From Anthoceros angustus (taxonomy: Eukaryota; Plantae; Anthocerotophyta), in assembly GCA_010909165.1 (NCBI GenBank), contig MU008213.1, forward strand, positions 47,481-111,480: 64,000 nt of DNA, read 5' to 3'. This document shows, in pieces, positions 61,840-64,000 of this stretch. How positions within the stretch are numbered: position 1 is the first letter of the stretch; the number at the start of each line of letters is the position of its first letter. Below the pieces are notes generated by a model, which saw nothing but the letters and a program-made list of their open reading frames with translations, made no database searches and had not been told where the DNA came from. The position numbers and the translations under genes were made by a program.

Positions 61840-62110
61840 AGCCTTGTGGATGCTTGGGGCGTGTTTGATAGACTTGGTGAGACTAATGTGGTGACATGGA
61901 GTGCCATGATGGCGTGGGGTATTCAGCAGGCATGGGTCGAAGCCCTAGATCTTGACAAGGCTATGTAACAAGAAGGCATCGGCACCCGATTGCGTGACCT
62001 TTGTGTGCCTCCATGCTTGTGCAAGTGTTGGGGAAGTCTCGATTTAGAGAAGAGAAGCAGCTTCATGCACAAATTACATAGGGAGGCGAGGAATGCAAGC
62101 TAACGTTTTC
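61840..62110 (+). pseudogene. Isolated PPR fragment closely matching the downstream PPR gene
   Basis: GAGAGCCTTGTGGATGCT...GACTTGGTGAGA...ACATGGAGTGCCATGAT...GTGACCTTTGTGTGCCTCC parallels 63808-64000. Confidence 0.85.
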
Positions 62111-62154
62111 ACCAAGCTAATGTTTTTTTGCTAAATTGTTTTGTCATTCCTTCT

Positions 62155-62478
62155 CCTTAATTCTTGAGAGATTAGGTTAACATAGAAACTAATTGAGGCT
62201 AGAGAAGGCGGGTCTCACAAGCCGCCTGGTGCCCGGAATATTAATCTACCACGTATGAAGCCGCAATTATAGCCCGTTTTGTACTAATCATCAAATTACA
62301 AAAGCTTCCAGGCCTTAATTCTTGAGAGATTAGGTGAACATGGAGACTAATTGAGACTAGAGAAGGCGGTTCTAACAAGCCGCCTCGTGCCCGGAATATT
62401 AATGTAGATGCGTATGAAGCCGCAATTATAGCCCGTTTTGTACTGATCATCAAATTACAAAAGCTTCCAGGCCTTAAT
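62155..62478 (+). repeat. Two tandem copies of a ~158-bp unit, each with an AGGCGG...CCGCCT hairpin
   Basis: CCTTAATT at 62155, 62313 and 62472; the units are near-identical. Confidence 0.9.
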
Positions 62479-62708
62479 TGGCGCTCGTCGAACATCCAAA
62501 AGCTTGCCTGTGGCTCGGCAAGTTTTGAAAAGCTAGTGGTCCTGGAGTCGGATGGTTGCAGAACCAGGCAATTCCGATAAGTGTGTGCCGAGAAATCTGA
62601 AATTAGGGTGGCCAAAACGACAACCCTTTGTCTAGGAGCCTGAAACCAAAGTTCAAAACAGGAAGATCTTGCTGAGCCGCTGCAGGTAGCTTTGCCCTGC
62701 TAGCCGCA

Positions 62709-64000
62709 ATGGATGTCAGCTCTAGAATTTGCGTAACTGGGCCAGCTAGGACACGGGAACCGGACGCCTCTGCTGGTCATGGCTGCGTGGCGAGTTGCTG
62801 TTTCGTCGCGCAGGGCGGCAGGGCCGCGTGCGGGGACATCTTATCTGGGTTGGGGAGAGATGAGTTGGAGCTATGGGAAGAGCTCCGCCGGCTTTATGGC
62901 GCCGCGTGAATGTGGTGGGGACCCTTGTCGGCCTGTAGAATGTGAGATTGGCGTGACGGGTGAAATTGTAAGCCAACTGTGTCAGCAGGGGCAGCTGGGC
63001 AAGGCTGTGGAGGCTCTTGGGCTGCTGGTGGAGGGGCTCTGTTGTTTCTCAGTCTCTCTTTATGCCGTCCTGAAACGATGTGTGGTTGAGAGGGATCTGG
63101 TTCTGGGCCGCCGTATCCATGCCCTCACTATGAGAGGGGGTATGAGTCGGACACGTTCCTGAGCAATCACTTCCTGCGAATGTATGCTGCGCATGCCAGG
63201 ATGCAAGAGGCGATGGCAGTGTTCTTGATGGTTGATGGCCCGGATGCGTTCACCTGGTCTGCTATCATATCTGCGCATGTGAGACACGGCCAGGATAAAG
63301 AGGCTGTGGAGCTGTATCGTCGGATGCGGAGGTCTGGTGTGAAGGCAGATGGGCATGTGTTTGTGGCAGCCCTGCAGGCCTGTGCTAGGGGAGGGGACCT
63401 GGAAACTGGTCAGCAGGTGCATGCTGATGTCGTGGCCAGTGGGGTTGATCCGCAGTTGTTTCTTGGGACTTCCTTGGTGGACATGTATGCGAAGTGTGGG
63501 AGCTTGAAAGATGCTCAGAGAATTTTGACCGGCTTGGGCACAAGGATGTGGTGACTTGGAATGCCATGATGGCGGGGTATTCACAGCAGGGCAGGTGGCA
63601 GGAGGCCCTTCGTTTGTACAGGGCTATGTTGGAAGAAGGGCACGGATGCCCCCGATTCTGTGACGTTTGTGTGCCTGCTGCAGGCGTGTGCAAGCGTGGG
63701 TGTCCCAGGGTTGGAGACGGGGAAGCAGCTTCATGCAAATTAGAGAGCTAGGACTTGAGGCTGATGGACTTGTTGGCAGCAGTTTAGTGAACATGTATGC
63801 GAAGTGTGAGAGCCTTGTGGATGCTCGTGGCGTGTTTGATGGACTTGGTGAGAAAATGTGGTTACATGGAGTGCCATGATTGCAGGGTATTCCCAGCAGG
63901 GCATGGGTCAGGAAGCCCTGGATCTTTACAAGGCTATGCAACAAGAAAGCATCGTAGCACCTGATTGTGTGACCTTTGTGTGCCTCCTGCATGCATGTGC
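62709..64000 (+). CDS. PLS-class pentatricopeptide repeat protein (putative organellar RNA-editing factor); frameshifted in this sequence and running off the window
   Basis: Repeating P-L-S motifs: DAFTWSAIISAHVRHGQDKEAVELYRRMRRSGVKADGHVFVAALQAC; FLGTSLVDMYAKCGSLKDA; KDVVTWNAMMAGYSQQG; LVGSSLVNMYAKCESLVDARGVFD; VTFVCLLHAC. The N-terminal extension resembles a transit peptide. Confidence 0.93.

Noticed and set aside
62195-62235. Helitron 3' end (hairpin plus CTAG on the minus strand)
   Set aside because: The hairpin-CTAG spacing is only ~3 nt, the following T is present in only one copy, and there is no Rep/helicase or 5' TC evidence.
62709-64000. Calling the PPR gene a pseudogene because of frameshifts
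   Set aside because: Single-base indels occur at similar density everywhere, including the bacterial-type fragment, so sequencing error is at least as likely; status left open.

Overview
Eukaryotic nuclear DNA, most likely from a non-seed land plant or related streptophyte, judged from a PLS-class PPR gene at the right end and bryophyte/fern-type LTR lineages. About 54 kb is a nest of Ty1/Copia and Ty3/Gypsy retrotransposons. The last 10 kb holds PPR fragments, a long inverted repeat and a PPR gene. The sequence carries frequent 1-2 nt indels (even in the PPR gene and in a bacterial-looking insert) and two Ns (2028, 23560). Most proteins were therefore read by manually stitching frames; intactness cannot be judged and many boundaries are approximate. 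Main results: (1) a minus-strand Gypsy element (~10140-18931) whose pol contains a C5 cytosine DNA methyltransferase domain between protease and RT and a PHD finger after integrase; (2) a separate, TE-embedded beta-class N4/N6 DNA methyltransferase-like ORF (~44880-46130), possibly linked to an upstream ORF with weak ParB-like character; (3) a complete 12.8 kb Athila-like element with ~3.6 kb ORF-bearing LTRs, inserted into a Copia pol with an AGAGG target-site duplication; (4) a ~1.1-1.2 kb-arm inverted repeat that includes PPR gene fragments and surrounds a possible Mutator-like core; (5) a ~540 bp Betaproteobacteria-like fragment next to an N, either an artefact or very recent transfer.
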